Origin: Candidatus Sungiibacteriota bacterium
GTDB taxonomy: Bacteria > Patescibacteriota > Minisyncoccia > Sungbacterales > JACQCQ01
Reading direction: 5' to 3'
Length of the DNA: 64,000 nt
Assembly (NCBI GenBank): GCA_016201505.1
Contig: JACQCQ010000012.1
Span: 10,187-74,186 of the forward strand
Shown piece by piece: positions 1 to 8,141 of this stretch. How positions within the stretch are numbered: position 1 is the first letter of the stretch; every line of letters begins with the position of its first letter. The notes below the pieces were generated by a model. That model saw nothing but the letters and a program-made list of their open reading frames with translations, was not told where the DNA came from and did not search any database. A program made the position numbers and the translations under genes.

Positions 1-590
1 ATCGGATACTGGAGTGCTACGGCATTCGGCGTTAAGCGATCAAGAATTGAGCCAAGTGAACGCTCAAACGAAGCGCCCGTGCGGTCAAGCTTGTTAATAA
101 AACAAATGCGCGGCACGCGATAATCATCGGCGTACCTCCAGTTGGTTTCGGACTGCGGCTCGACCCCGGCGACGCCGTCAAAAATCACGACTGCGCCGTC
201 TAAAACCCGGAGGGACCGTTTTACTTCAACGGTAAAATCAATGTGGCCCGGCGTGTCGATGATGTTGATGCGGTATTCGCCAGTTTTCTTCAAATTTTTA
301 ATTTGATCAGAAAACTGAGCGTCCGCCAAAGCACTATGCGAGGGCGGACTTCCACTGGGATAAAGATAACTTGGTGTCCAAAAGGTGTTCGTCGCGGCCG
401 AGGTAATCGTAATACCGCGTTCCCGTTCTTGCTCCATCCAGTCCATTACCGTATCGCCCTCATGCACTTCGCCGATTTTATGCGAAACGCCGGTATAGAA
501 CAGAATGCGCTCGGACACGGTCGTTTTACCCGCGTCAATGTGGGCAATGATCCCGATATTCCGCGTGCGTTCAAGTGGGTATTCTCTCAT
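1..590 (-). CDS. fusA: elongation factor G (N-terminal GTPase part; gene continues beyond window start)
   Basis: rc translation from ATG at 590-588 gives [35 protein letters not shown]...[12 protein letters not shown], the G1/G3 GTPase motifs of EF-G. Position downstream of rpsG in the str-operon order. Confidence 0.85.
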   Translation of the reverse strand, partial: MREYPLERTRNIGIIAHIDAGKTTVSERILFYTGVSHKIGEVHEGDTVMDWMEQERERGITITSAATNTFWTPSYLYPSGSPPSHSALADAQFSDQIKNLKKTGEYRINIIDTPGHIDFTVEVKRSLRVLDGAVVIFDGVAGVEPQSETNWRYADDYRVPRICFINKLDRTGASFERSLGSILDRLTPNAVALQYP

Positions 591-632
591 ATATCAACGA
601 ATAACGAATTCTGTACGAATAAACGAATCTAC

Positions 633-1031
633 TCAACCTTCGAAATTGATAATTCTTTTAAACTTCACTCCGGATTTCGCAAAATTAGCTAAAATCGCCA
701 ATTTTAGATTTGTACTTTTTAAATATTGTAATACTTGATCAATATGTCGCTTCGAAAAATTATCTCCCTTCTTCAATTCCAAAACAATCTTTTCATCAAC
801 TAGAAAATCAAGCTGATATCGGCCGATAAGCGCTGTTCTAAATTTTAAAGGAAAAGATACTTGCTCTTTAAATGGGAGTTTAATTTCTCGCAAAGCTTGA
901 GCTACGCTTCTTTGGTAATATCGCTCATGATGTCCCGGCCCCAGCTCATTGTATACAGAAAATAGGATACCGATGATTTGATAACTTAATTGAGGAAAAA
1001 TTAGATCAGGCCTCCGTACGCTGTTAACCAT
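633..1031 (-). CDS. GxxExxY family protein (PDDEXK-like), inserted between fusA and rpsG
   Basis: 132-aa ORF with ...GPGHHERYYQ... matching the GxxExxY signature. Confidence 0.55.
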   Translation of the reverse strand: MVNSVRRPDLIFPQLSYQIIGILFSVYNELGPGHHERYYQRSVAQALREIKLPFKEQVSFPLKFRTALIGRYQLDFLVDEKIVLELKKGDNFSKRHIDQVLQYLKSTNLKLAILANFAKSGVKFKRIINFEG

Positions 1032-1068
1032 TCGTTTATTCCTTTAAGATTCGATATTCGTTGATGAA

Positions 1069-1536
1069 TCACCAAGCGAAATGAGCAAAAGCTTTATTGG
1101 CCTCGGCCATTCTGTGCGTATCCATTTTTTTCTTGACGGCGTTGCCTTCATTTTTGGTGGCCAGCAGGAGCTCTTCCGCCAATTTTTTGGACATGGATCT
1201 GCCCTTGCCTTTTCTAGCCGCATCTAAGACCCAGCGAAAGGCCAGTGCGACGCGCCGCTCGCCTCTTACTTCACGCGGCACTTGGTAGTTGGCGCCGCCG
1301 ATACGCCGCGATTTAACCTCCACCACCGGCTGAATATTTCGCATGGCTTCTTCGAAAATTTCGATGGCTGGCTTCTTTTCTCTTTTCTCTAAAATATCAA
1401 ATGCGTCATAAACAATCTTCCGGGCAATTGATTTTTTCCCCTCCTTCATGACGTAGTTAATTAATTTCTCAACGGTTACATTTTGAAACTTCACGTCGGG
1501 CGCAATATCTCGTTTTACATTTCGCTTTCGCCGCAT
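1069..1536 (-). CDS. rpsG: 30S ribosomal protein S7
   Basis: 155-aa ORF: MRRKRNVKRDIAPD...GGANYQVPREVRGERRVALAFRWVLDAARKGKGRSM, classic S7. Confidence 0.95.
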   Translation of the reverse strand: MRRKRNVKRDIAPDVKFQNVTVEKLINYVMKEGKKSIARKIVYDAFDILEKREKKPAIEIFEEAMRNIQPVVEVKSRRIGGANYQVPREVRGERRVALAFRWVLDAARKGKGRSMSKKLAEELLLATKNEGNAVKKKMDTHRMAEANKAFAHFAW

Positions 1537-1671
1537 GCCAAATTCTAAATTCTAAATTCTAATATCGAAATCATAAACAAATTCAAAACTCTAAATTCCA
1601 ATGTTCGAAAAGCGTGTTTTGATTTTTGAATTTTTGTCATTTGGATTTTTTTCGGATTTAGGATTTCGTGC

Positions 1672-2085
1672 TTAGGATTTAGGCCTTTTAGCTCCATATT
1701 TCGACCTCTGCTGTTTTCGGTTGGTGACACCGGTTGTATCCAGAACGCCGCGCACGATGTGGTATCTAACGCCTGGCAGGTCTTTGACGCGGCCGCCGCG
1801 GATCATGACGACCGAATGCTCCTGCAGAGTGTGCCCCTCGCCGCCGATATAGGCGGTAACCTCCATGCCGTTGGTGAGCCGCACCCGAGCCACCTTACGC
1901 AACGCCGAGTTTGGCTTTTTGGGCGTCATCGTGGTTACTTTGATGCAGACTCCGCGCTTAAACGGCGAAGGATAATAAGCCGGCCGATTTTTCAAGACGT
2001 TAAAACCCCGCTGCAGAGCGGGCGATTTGGACTTCGTTTTTCCGGGATGCCTGCCGTATTTTGTCAGCTGATGGATTGTGGGCAG
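1672..2085 (-). CDS. rpsL: 30S ribosomal protein S12 (roughly 13-aa insertion after the SPAL motif; start uncertain)
   Basis: Track ORF 1672..1995 (TTG start) matches the S12 core: [52 protein letters not shown]. In-frame upstream sequence to about 2085 encodes [25 protein letters not shown], the canonical S12 N-terminus. The only candidate start there is CTG, with a stop at 2098-2100. Confidence 0.8.
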   Translation of the reverse strand: MPTIHQLTKYGRHPGKTKSKSPALQRGFNVLKNRPAYYPSPFKRGVCIKVTTMTPKKPNSALRKVARVRLTNGMEVTAYIGGEGHTLQEHSVVMIRGGRVKDLPGVRYHIVRGVLDTTGVTNRKQQRSKYGAKRPKS

Positions 2086-2266
2086 AGTTTTCTCGCCTCA
2101 AATTTTTCTGCGCCTTAATTGTATATAGCCCTACGGGCTGGAAATGATCCCACCGCGAGCCCGACAGAAAAACTTTTAGGCTTCGTTTTTAAACTTTTTT
2201 AAAGCCAGCCCTTCCGGGCTTTTAGGAGAACCTAAAAAGTATACCTATACGGGCTTAGGCAGTCAA

Positions 2267-2869
2267 TTAACGAAAGATTCTGCCCGCCAGAGTCCAAATA
2301 AAGAATATAAAAGCCATCAAGATCAAAAACCCGTATCGCTCCAGAAAGATTTGCGCCTTGATAAGCCGGCCGCCGAGCAAGGCAAAGAGTATCTTTGATC
2401 CGTCCAGCGGCGGGATAGGGAAGAGATTAAATACACCGAGCACTATATTAATTTGAACAATCGTGCCGAGGATGGCTAAAAATCGCTGGAGCATTAAGGG
2501 GGCAAGCAACGGCCCGAGCCCTAAAAGGTGCGTCGCGAGCACCAAGCCGAAAATCAGGGCCATGAGAAAATTGGCGCCGACGCCGGCAATGGCCACGAAA
2601 AACGTGCCCTGCCGAATATTTTTAAAATACATCGGGTTGAAGGGAACAGGCTTGGCCATGCCAACCAGCGGCCCGCCGACAAGATACATAAAGAACGGCA
2701 GCAAAATACTGCCGAAGGGATCGATGTGAGACAGTGGGTTCAAGGTGAGCCTGCCCGCATCTTTGGCCGTCGGGTCTCCCAGTGAATAGGCAACCAGTCC
2801 ATGCGCGACCTCATGGACAATAACCGAAAACAAAAGAATTAACGCAAAAAATATTATATCAATGGCCAT
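2267..2869 (-). CDS. peptidase M50 / site-2 protease family membrane metalloprotease
   Basis: 200-aa multi-TM ORF with HEVAHG (HExxH) in TM1 and a downstream LDG motif. Confidence 0.75.
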   Translation of the reverse strand: MAIDIIFFALILLFSVIVHEVAHGLVAYSLGDPTAKDAGRLTLNPLSHIDPFGSILLPFFMYLVGGPLVGMAKPVPFNPMYFKNIRQGTFFVAIAGVGANFLMALIFGLVLATHLLGLGPLLAPLMLQRFLAILGTIVQINIVLGVFNLFPIPPLDGSKILFALLGGRLIKAQIFLERYGFLILMAFIFFIWTLAGRIFR

Positions 2870-2953
2870 AGGTTTGCGGGAGGTATATTTCTATGCTAGG
2901 GTACAAAATGCATTTTACCTCTATACGAGAAAAACGCTAGCAAATAAATACTC

Positions 2954-3145
2954 ATGAAAGCCTGTGCCATTTGCGGCAAAACTTCGTCACAAAAGGGCGT
3001 GCGCGCCCTGCTACGCGGCCACTATAATCCGACAACGACTGTTCGTGTCTACCCTAATTTGCAATGGGTAAGACTGCCAAACTCGCCTTCGCGCGTCAAA
3101 GCCTGCGCGAAGTGCATCAAGGCGCTCGCGAAGCAGAAAAAGTAA
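2954..3145 (+). CDS. rpmB: 50S ribosomal protein L28
   Basis: 63-aa ORF: MKACAICGKT..., C-x2-C...C-x2-C and basic; matches L28. Confidence 0.85.
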   Translation: MKACAICGKTSSQKGVRALLRGHYNPTTTVRVYPNLQWVRLPNSPSRVKACAKCIKALAKQKK

Positions 3146-3160
3146 CTCGGGAATTTCCTA

Positions 3161-3204
3161 AAACTCAAAAGCTCCCGCAGGCGGGAGCTTTTGAGTTTTA
3201 GTCG
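3161..3204 (+). terminator. rho-independent terminator after rpmB
   Basis: Perfect hairpin aaaactcaaaagctcccgc agg cgggagcttttgagtttt followed by T-rich sequence. Confidence 0.7.
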
Positions 3205-3509
3205 CGTATTCTGAATTTAGCGCGAACCCATTTTGAACGAAATTGCTGATGCAATTTCGCAAACCTTTCCCAAATCGGGAATGGATAAAATCAAGCAGTG
3301 AAGCCGAAATTAACCAAAAACTCCAAAATTATCACGAGCTAAAACAAGTTGCGGAAAAAATTGGAACGAACCGCCTCATCCTCAACCGGAAAGTCCAAAT
3401 GGATTTTTCCGAACCGTGGGGATTTGCCGCTTTGCGCCTTGCGCAAAGCGGAGACGCCGAGGGGCGAAGCCCCGAGGCAACCTCTTCCGAAAATTTGACT
3501 TGTCTTGAA

Positions 3510-3583
3510 TGGTCGGGGCGCGGGGAATCGAACCCCGTCTACAAGACCCCCAGCCTTGCGTACTGCCGTTATACGACGCCCCG
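3510..3583 (-). tRNA. tRNA-Pro (anticodon GGG)
   Basis: rc gives CGGGGCG..TCGTATAACGGCAGTAC..CAAGGCTGGGGGTCTTG..CGGGGTTCGATTCCCCG CGCCCCG ACCA. It has a 7-bp acceptor, a GTTCGATTCC T-arm and a CU-GGG-GG anticodon loop, and the CCA is encoded. A TATAAT box lies about 10 nt upstream on the minus strand (3593-3598). Confidence 0.85.
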
Positions 3584-3628
3584 GATGGGGTCATTATACG
3601 AGCAAAAGTAAAACGGGGCTATACCTAT

Positions 3629-3910
3629 TTAATCTTTTATCATCCACTTGCGAAAACGCCGGCGCTCAACGTATAAAACTTGCCACCAATACTTCCCCTC
3701 GAAAAAACCAAAAATCGCGCCGATAACCACCGCGCCAATAAATCCATAAGAGCCAACGAGAATCCAGGCATCCCAAGAAAAGCCCAGACTATAACGGACA
3801 AAATCTAACGTGAGAAAATATGAATACCAAATTTCCGCCAGGCCGAATATCATCGAAACTAAAAGCGTGCCGAGGAGACTAAATAACAAGATGTAAATTT
3901 TTTGTTTCAT
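3629..3910 (-). CDS. small hydrophobic membrane protein (93 aa), hypothetical
   Basis: ORF with 2-3 predicted TM segments and no recognisable SD. It sits immediately downstream (on the minus strand) of a terminator-like hairpin and a long structured leader. Confidence 0.45.
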   Translation of the reverse strand: MKQKIYILLFSLLGTLLVSMIFGLAEIWYSYFLTLDFVRYSLGFSWDAWILVGSYGFIGAVVIGAIFGFFEGKYWWQVLYVERRRFRKWMIKD

Positions 3911-3924
3911 CTTATTCTAGTATA

Positions 3925-3958
3925 CCAAAACACCCTGCCGTATGGCGGGGTGTTTTGG
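3925..3958. terminator. symmetric hairpin flanked by A-run/T-run (bidirectional terminator or attenuator)
   Basis: ccaaaacaccctgcc gtat ggcggggtgttttgg. On the minus strand it reads hairpin plus UUUUGG, followed 17 nt later by the ATG of the 3629..3910 gene. Confidence 0.6.
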
Positions 3959-3959
3959 T

Positions 3960-4719
3960 ATTAGGAATTGATGGAACCTGAGGACCGCTACGAAGCCCGG
4001 CGAGGGACTTTTAGTCCTCAAGCGGAGGGAGCTGGAGTGTTTCGCAAATATCCAAGTGGGTGACGAGATGTCGTGTAAAGCGACATTTGGGCTGTCCCCT
4101 CGTAAAATGTGATTCAGTCGAAACTAGCCATATCTCCCCCCGCTTGAGGGCTAAAATTGTTGAAAGCGCAGTGGAGAACTTTTTCAGTTCTCATATAGAG
4201 GGGATGGTGCGTTTCGCAAGAATCCAAGGTGGGTGACGTGAATGCCGGCAAGCGGCATCTGCTGTCCCCTAGTAAAGTGATTTGGGAAAGCCCAAGCCCC
4301 TCTATATAAAAACTAAAAAGAACTTTAAAAAGTAACGCATGAGCGGGAAAAAGGAACCAAGGGAACCAAAAGCCGCCGGATCATGCCCACTCTTTCAGTC
4401 TCCCGTATCTGATTGTACCTACCGCGAGTCGCGGGCTTGATCTCTCTAGGCGATGAGAATCTCGGTCATGCAGTGAGCCGCTAGCTGACAGTCATTCACC
4501 CAACTCTGCAACTCCATTATACAGGCAGAGGGCCAGTCGCTGGGGATACGATGTGGACAGGCCGTGAATGAAGCCTAGGAAAAGTGTCGAGCAAAAATGC
4601 CTTTTGGCTTTATAGTAACGAGGCGAGCCGGTTAGTCACACTTGCCCCTTGACAAATTTATTTGGCAGCGAAACTGATACTCAAAAAGATTTTAAAAGCG
4701 CGAAAAAATTCGCCAAATT
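3960..4719. ncRNA. unclassified structured noncoding region containing two tandem paralogous RNA domains (4016-4150 and 4194-4308)
   Basis: About 800 nt with no credible ORF. The two domains share gtttcgcaa(a/g)(t/a)atccaag(g)tgggtgacg...gctgtcccct(c/a)gtaaa. Each is closed by its own 11-15 bp long-range stem (cctcaagcggaggg/ccccccgcttgaggg, and tatagagggg/cccctctata). The inner hairpin shows compensatory changes: atgtcg..cgacat in copy A versus atgccg..cggcat in copy B. Confidence 0.35.
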
Positions 4720-5202
4720 CTAGAGGAGTTTAGCGACTTGGGCGAGCTCTTCGTAAATTCCTTCGATCAAATCATAGGACCGGGCTGCCTCGAGCGTCAC
4801 CCAGGCGGAATCAACAATATCCGGATCATGCAATACCACCTCACCGGATTGATATCGCGCCCAAAACGAGAGTCCGTGTACCCAAACGTTGTGCACCGGG
4901 TGACGGAAGACGTAACTAGTAAGATAGCGCAGCGTGTCGATTGCAAGACCCGTCTCCTCCATGACTTCACGCTGGATGGCTGGCTCCAGGGCGCCGTACC
5001 AGCACTGGTAGGATTTTGTGGTTGGCGGCTTTTTTACAAAATCATCTTCTTCAAACTTCCCGCCGGGAACTGTCCAAAGACCAGGGAACGCGCCTGCAGT
5101 TTCCGATCGCTTCACGATCAGCATTCTCCCATCCTCGCGCACGATAATTGCGGTCACGGGATTGATGAACAGTCGTTTTACAAGCTTATCCGAGATTTCC
5201 AT
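4720..5202 (-). CDS. NUDIX hydrolase
   Basis: Nudix box GGKFEEDDF...REVMEETGL (Gx5Ex7REUxEExGU). Start taken at the internal Met MEISDKL (5202), which leaves an 18-nt gap to ndk. Confidence 0.8.
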   Translation of the reverse strand: MEISDKLVKRLFINPVTAIIVREDGRMLIVKRSETAGAFPGLWTVPGGKFEEDDFVKKPPTTKSYQCWYGALEPAIQREVMEETGLAIDTLRYLTSYVFRHPVHNVWVHGLSFWARYQSGEVVLHDPDIVDSAWVTLEAARSYDLIEGIYEELAQVAKLL

Positions 5203-5219
5203 GAAAGAGCCCCCTCTGG

Positions 5220-5816
5220 TTAAAACATAACATCCTCTTCTGATCGGGTATATGCATGAATCTGGTTCCGGCGAAACCACATGCGGAGTTCATGCGCGGC
5301 TTCTGCAGAATTACCCGACGCATGAATGATATTTCGGACAGCCCGTTTTCTGCCGTTCGCCAGTGCCGGCGAATCAATCGAGTAGTCCCCGCGGATTGTT
5401 CCCATTTCAGCCAATGCCGGAATTGTGGGACCGACGATTTTTCGCACCATTTTGATTGCGTGTACACCCTGGATCGCCATTTTTACCACTGGTCCGGAAG
5501 TCATAAAATCAACTAGCCACTTACGGACCCGCAAGCCGATTTTATACGGATCAGCCGAGCCGTATTCTTTTTTGAAATTAACCGGAATTTTAAATTCGGT
5601 GTAGCCGCGGATGGTGTTTGTCCCGAGTCCTGTAATCCAAGCCTTATCTTTCGGATAATGCAGATCCATTTCTTTGGCGGTCGCCCAAATCATTTCAAGT
5701 GCTACAATTTTAAGTCCGCGCTGTTCAATGCGGCGAATAATCTCACCGGAGAGGCCGCGCTTTACGCCGTCTGGTTTTACAATGACGAATGTCGTCTCTT
5801 CGTGAAGTTTTGGCAT
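5220..5816 (-). CDS. ndk: nucleoside diphosphate kinase with roughly 35-40 aa internal insertion
   Basis: TFVIVKPDGVKRGL..., ...DFMTSGPVV..., NIIHASGNSAEAAHELRMWF with the catalytic His. Start taken at MPKLHEE (5816). Confidence 0.85.
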   Translation of the reverse strand: MPKLHEETTFVIVKPDGVKRGLSGEIIRRIEQRGLKIVALEMIWATAKEMDLHYPKDKAWITGLGTNTIRGYTEFKIPVNFKKEYGSADPYKIGLRVRKWLVDFMTSGPVVKMAIQGVHAIKMVRKIVGPTIPALAEMGTIRGDYSIDSPALANGRKRAVRNIIHASGNSAEAAHELRMWFRRNQIHAYTRSEEDVMF

Positions 5817-5859
5817 ATAAGACTTCAAAATCGTACCAAGGAAAATGGTCCTCGGCAAA

Positions 5860-6300
5860 TGAAAAGTCCTCGGGCGCGCGAGCGCCCAAGGACCGAAGAA
5901 GCGGCACTGCTCACTTCTTCTTTTTCGGCGGAGGGTGGAGGACGTGCCGCCCGTTCGCTGAAACGCGGACGTCGTCCGGCCGCCTGACCAATCGGTTATC
6001 CCGGCTGCACCGCTGGGGTAGTAAAGACCAGTCGCGGCCGGGCAATTCCCGGTTGGACTTCATGTCACTGCGCCTGCCTGTCGGCATGTTCACCTCGATT
6101 CTCGATGTGCACTTCACACCTTATGAAACTATCTACGGAGTCGGGCAGAACTTCTTGGCCTTAGGTAACAAGGCTGAAGTCTGGGCAGTTATGGTGGCCA
6201 GCCGTGGCGAACCCCGCATCTCCGTAGAACGAAAGCTGGCCTCTTAAGAGGTCAGCGGAAAGTTCGAACGTGTGTCTAGACTGCTTTCTCACCCCTCTCA
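5860..6300 (+). ncRNA. GC-rich structured noncoding block; candidate housekeeping ncRNA (possibly RNase P RNA-like), unverified
   Basis: About 60% GC against about 49% locally, with many local hairpins and only low-complexity ORFs (none credible). It contains GNRA-capped gggcgc gcga gcgccc, gaagaagcggcactgctcacttcttc, ggccgc...gcggcc and ccgggcaattcccgg. It also contains GGCGGAGGGUGGAGGA, close to the conserved P2/P4 junction GGCGGAGGGGAGGAAAG of bacterial RNase P RNA, plus GAAAAGUCC and GGGCAGAAC...GGCCUUA islands in the right 5'-to-3' order. I could not build a convincing P4 pairing by eye. Confidence 0.3.
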
Positions 6301-6416
6301 TTCTTGGTTCGCCAAAATCTCAAGACCAATCAGTCCGAGGAGGACGACGAGGAGATTTGTTAGTAACATCGCCTGCATGCTTATCAATATGGTAGCCGAC
6401 CGATTTAGGTCGGTCA

Positions 6417-6521
6417 ATCCCGTTAGAAATTAAACTAAAGTTTGAAAGGGCACAGAAGATAGTACATAGAATATGCTTATAAGCCGAGCAAAAATTAAAT
6501 TAACCAATTTTCTAACGGGAT
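6417..6521. repeat. TIR-bounded element (13-nt terminal inverted repeat atcccgttagaa / ttctaacgggat), copy 1, abutting the comEC stop
   Basis: Perfect 13-bp terminal inverted repeats enclose about 80 nt of AT-rich sequence. The same TIR bounds two elements at 24014-24382. The 3' TIR overlaps the comEC stop codon (tca at 6521-6523). Confidence 0.55.
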
Positions 6522-7960
6522 CACTTAGGCCAATGTCGAGAAACGAGCCGCTGATAAAAATAAACGGAGGCGAATAAAAATGGAACCAGGCCGAAAGCCA
6601 GGGCATATGGCCCGGAAAGATTGAGCGAGGCGAAAGGAATTTTAGCGGTCAATGTAATCACACCGAGTTCATACGAAATCAGGACACGCGCCGCGAGGCC
6701 AACCAGAAACCCAAGCCAGGGGATGAGAATACCGACGGCCGCGGCGATAAAGCCAAACAACATGGTGAGCGGGATCAGGGGCAGAACGAGCAGATTCGTA
6801 ATGGGACTAATTAGTGAGACCACGCCGAAGTGCCAGGAGATGAGCGGCAAGACAAAAATTTCGGCCGAAAGCGTGGCGGCGACTGTACCACGCAAATCAA
6901 ATCCTGCGGGGATCCAGGCTAAGTATGGCTGAAGGATGGGAGTCATAATGACCAGTCCCAGTGTGGCTAAAAATGAAAGTTGAAAGGATAAATTAAAAAT
7001 GAGGAGCGAGGGATCAAGCGCCAGCATGCAAACCGCGGCGAATAAAAGCGCGTTCGTCATCTCGAAAATCCGGCCTCGGCTTTTGGCAAGGAGTCCCAGA
7101 AATCCCATGATGGCGGCGCGAACGCCGGAAGCACCGCCGGAGGCGATGAAAATAAATATTAAAATACCAAGTACCCCGCCGAGAAATCGTACCCGCGGAG
7201 AGGCGTGGAACCATAACAGGAGCCATGAAATTGAAATGGCCACAATCGTAATGTTGTAGCCGGAGAGGGCCACAATATGCGCGGTGCCGGTTTTTGAAAG
7301 CGCACCTTTCAGCGACGTCGGAAGAGAAGTTTTTTCACCGAGCAAAAGGCCGGCCATATACGCGGCAGCGGGTTCAGCAAAAATCGCATGCAGCGAACGC
7401 GTGAAGCGCTGACGGATCAAATCGGCGAGTCGAACAAATGACCAGCCGACGGATTTAACTTCAATAGTTTTAGGAAAATAAATTTCCGCTTGAGGACCGC
7501 CCGGCGAAGTATATTTTGCGGGAATATCTTTTAGTGTGCCACTCACCAAAATCTCATCGCCGCGCTGCAGTTCGGGAGCCGGAGACGAAACCAACAGAAT
7601 TTGAGCCGGTAACGATTCATCACGAACTGAAATGAGCGTTCGCTGTGCGGTGGCGGTTTTAGAGAGCGTATCCTGCACGGTCGCAAAAACGTGCACCGAC
7701 TTTGCCTCGATGCGAGCCGCCGGCAAAAAGGCAAAGTCGGCGCGCAGCGCTCCGAGAGAAAGCGCCAAAAGAAAAAATCCCAGCAGGATCAAACGGCGGC
7801 GGCGCAAAAATCCATCTATCAGTAAAAAGGCCGAAAGAACGAATGCGGCAAAGACTATGCTAAGAGAAATAAACCCAACTGACCCGATGCCAATGCCGCC
7901 AATAATCCCCGCAAATGTTGCGAGTCCGAGTCGCGAGGGAGAGATAATCAGACTATTCAT
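6521..7960 (-). CDS. comEC: ComEC/Rec2 family DNA internalisation channel (competence domain only; no beta-lactamase domain)
   Basis: Poly-TM protein with ...TAHIVALSGYNITIV..., similar to the ComEC THLLAVSGLH motif. The track ORF extends to 8065; start taken at the internal Met MNSLIISP. Confidence 0.75.
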   Translation of the reverse strand: MNSLIISPSRLGLATFAGIIGGIGIGSVGFISLSIVFAAFVLSAFLLIDGFLRRRRLILLGFFLLALSLGALRADFAFLPAARIEAKSVHVFATVQDTLSKTATAQRTLISVRDESLPAQILLVSSPAPELQRGDEILVSGTLKDIPAKYTSPGGPQAEIYFPKTIEVKSVGWSFVRLADLIRQRFTRSLHAIFAEPAAAYMAGLLLGEKTSLPTSLKGALSKTGTAHIVALSGYNITIVAISISWLLLWFHASPRVRFLGGVLGILIFIFIASGGASGVRAAIMGFLGLLAKSRGRIFEMTNALLFAAVCMLALDPSLLIFNLSFQLSFLATLGLVIMTPILQPYLAWIPAGFDLRGTVAATLSAEIFVLPLISWHFGVVSLISPITNLLVLPLIPLTMLFGFIAAAVGILIPWLGFLVGLAARVLISYELGVITLTAKIPFASLNLSGPYALAFGLVPFLFASVYFYQRLVSRHWPK

Positions 7961-8141
7961 AAAAACGGACAGAAGCGCAAAGCGCCACCTCAAGTAAGCC
8001 CCAAGCGAAGATACCTTTTCTCGAAACGCTCGTCCGACAAGCTGGCATGGTATTTGTCGAAGCAAATCAGCGAGGAGGACGGCGAGTATAAAAATCTCGC
8101 CGAGATTTTTATACGCTTTCGAAAAAGGTATCGAGCGTCTT

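Noticed and set aside
243-738. Plus-strand ORFs (149 aa and 77 aa) at the window start.
   Set aside because: Antisense to the fusA N-terminus, which has unmistakable EF-G GTPase motifs.
3911-4719. Considered whether this region is tmRNA, because GUUUCGCAAA..CCAAGGUG..CUCGUAAAA resembles the E. coli tmRNA PK1 neighbourhood.
   Set aside because: A complete, canonical tmRNA with G3:U70 acceptor and T-arm lies at 54111-54528 right after smpB. The motif here also occurs twice, and no tRNA-like ends are present.
5789-6247. 152-aa plus ORF, and the 24011-24340 ORF, spanning GC-rich structured DNA and repeats.
   Set aside because: Low-complexity Arg/Ser/Gly-rich translations with no start context. 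They coincide with the hairpin-dense and repeat regions interpreted as RNA or repeat elements.
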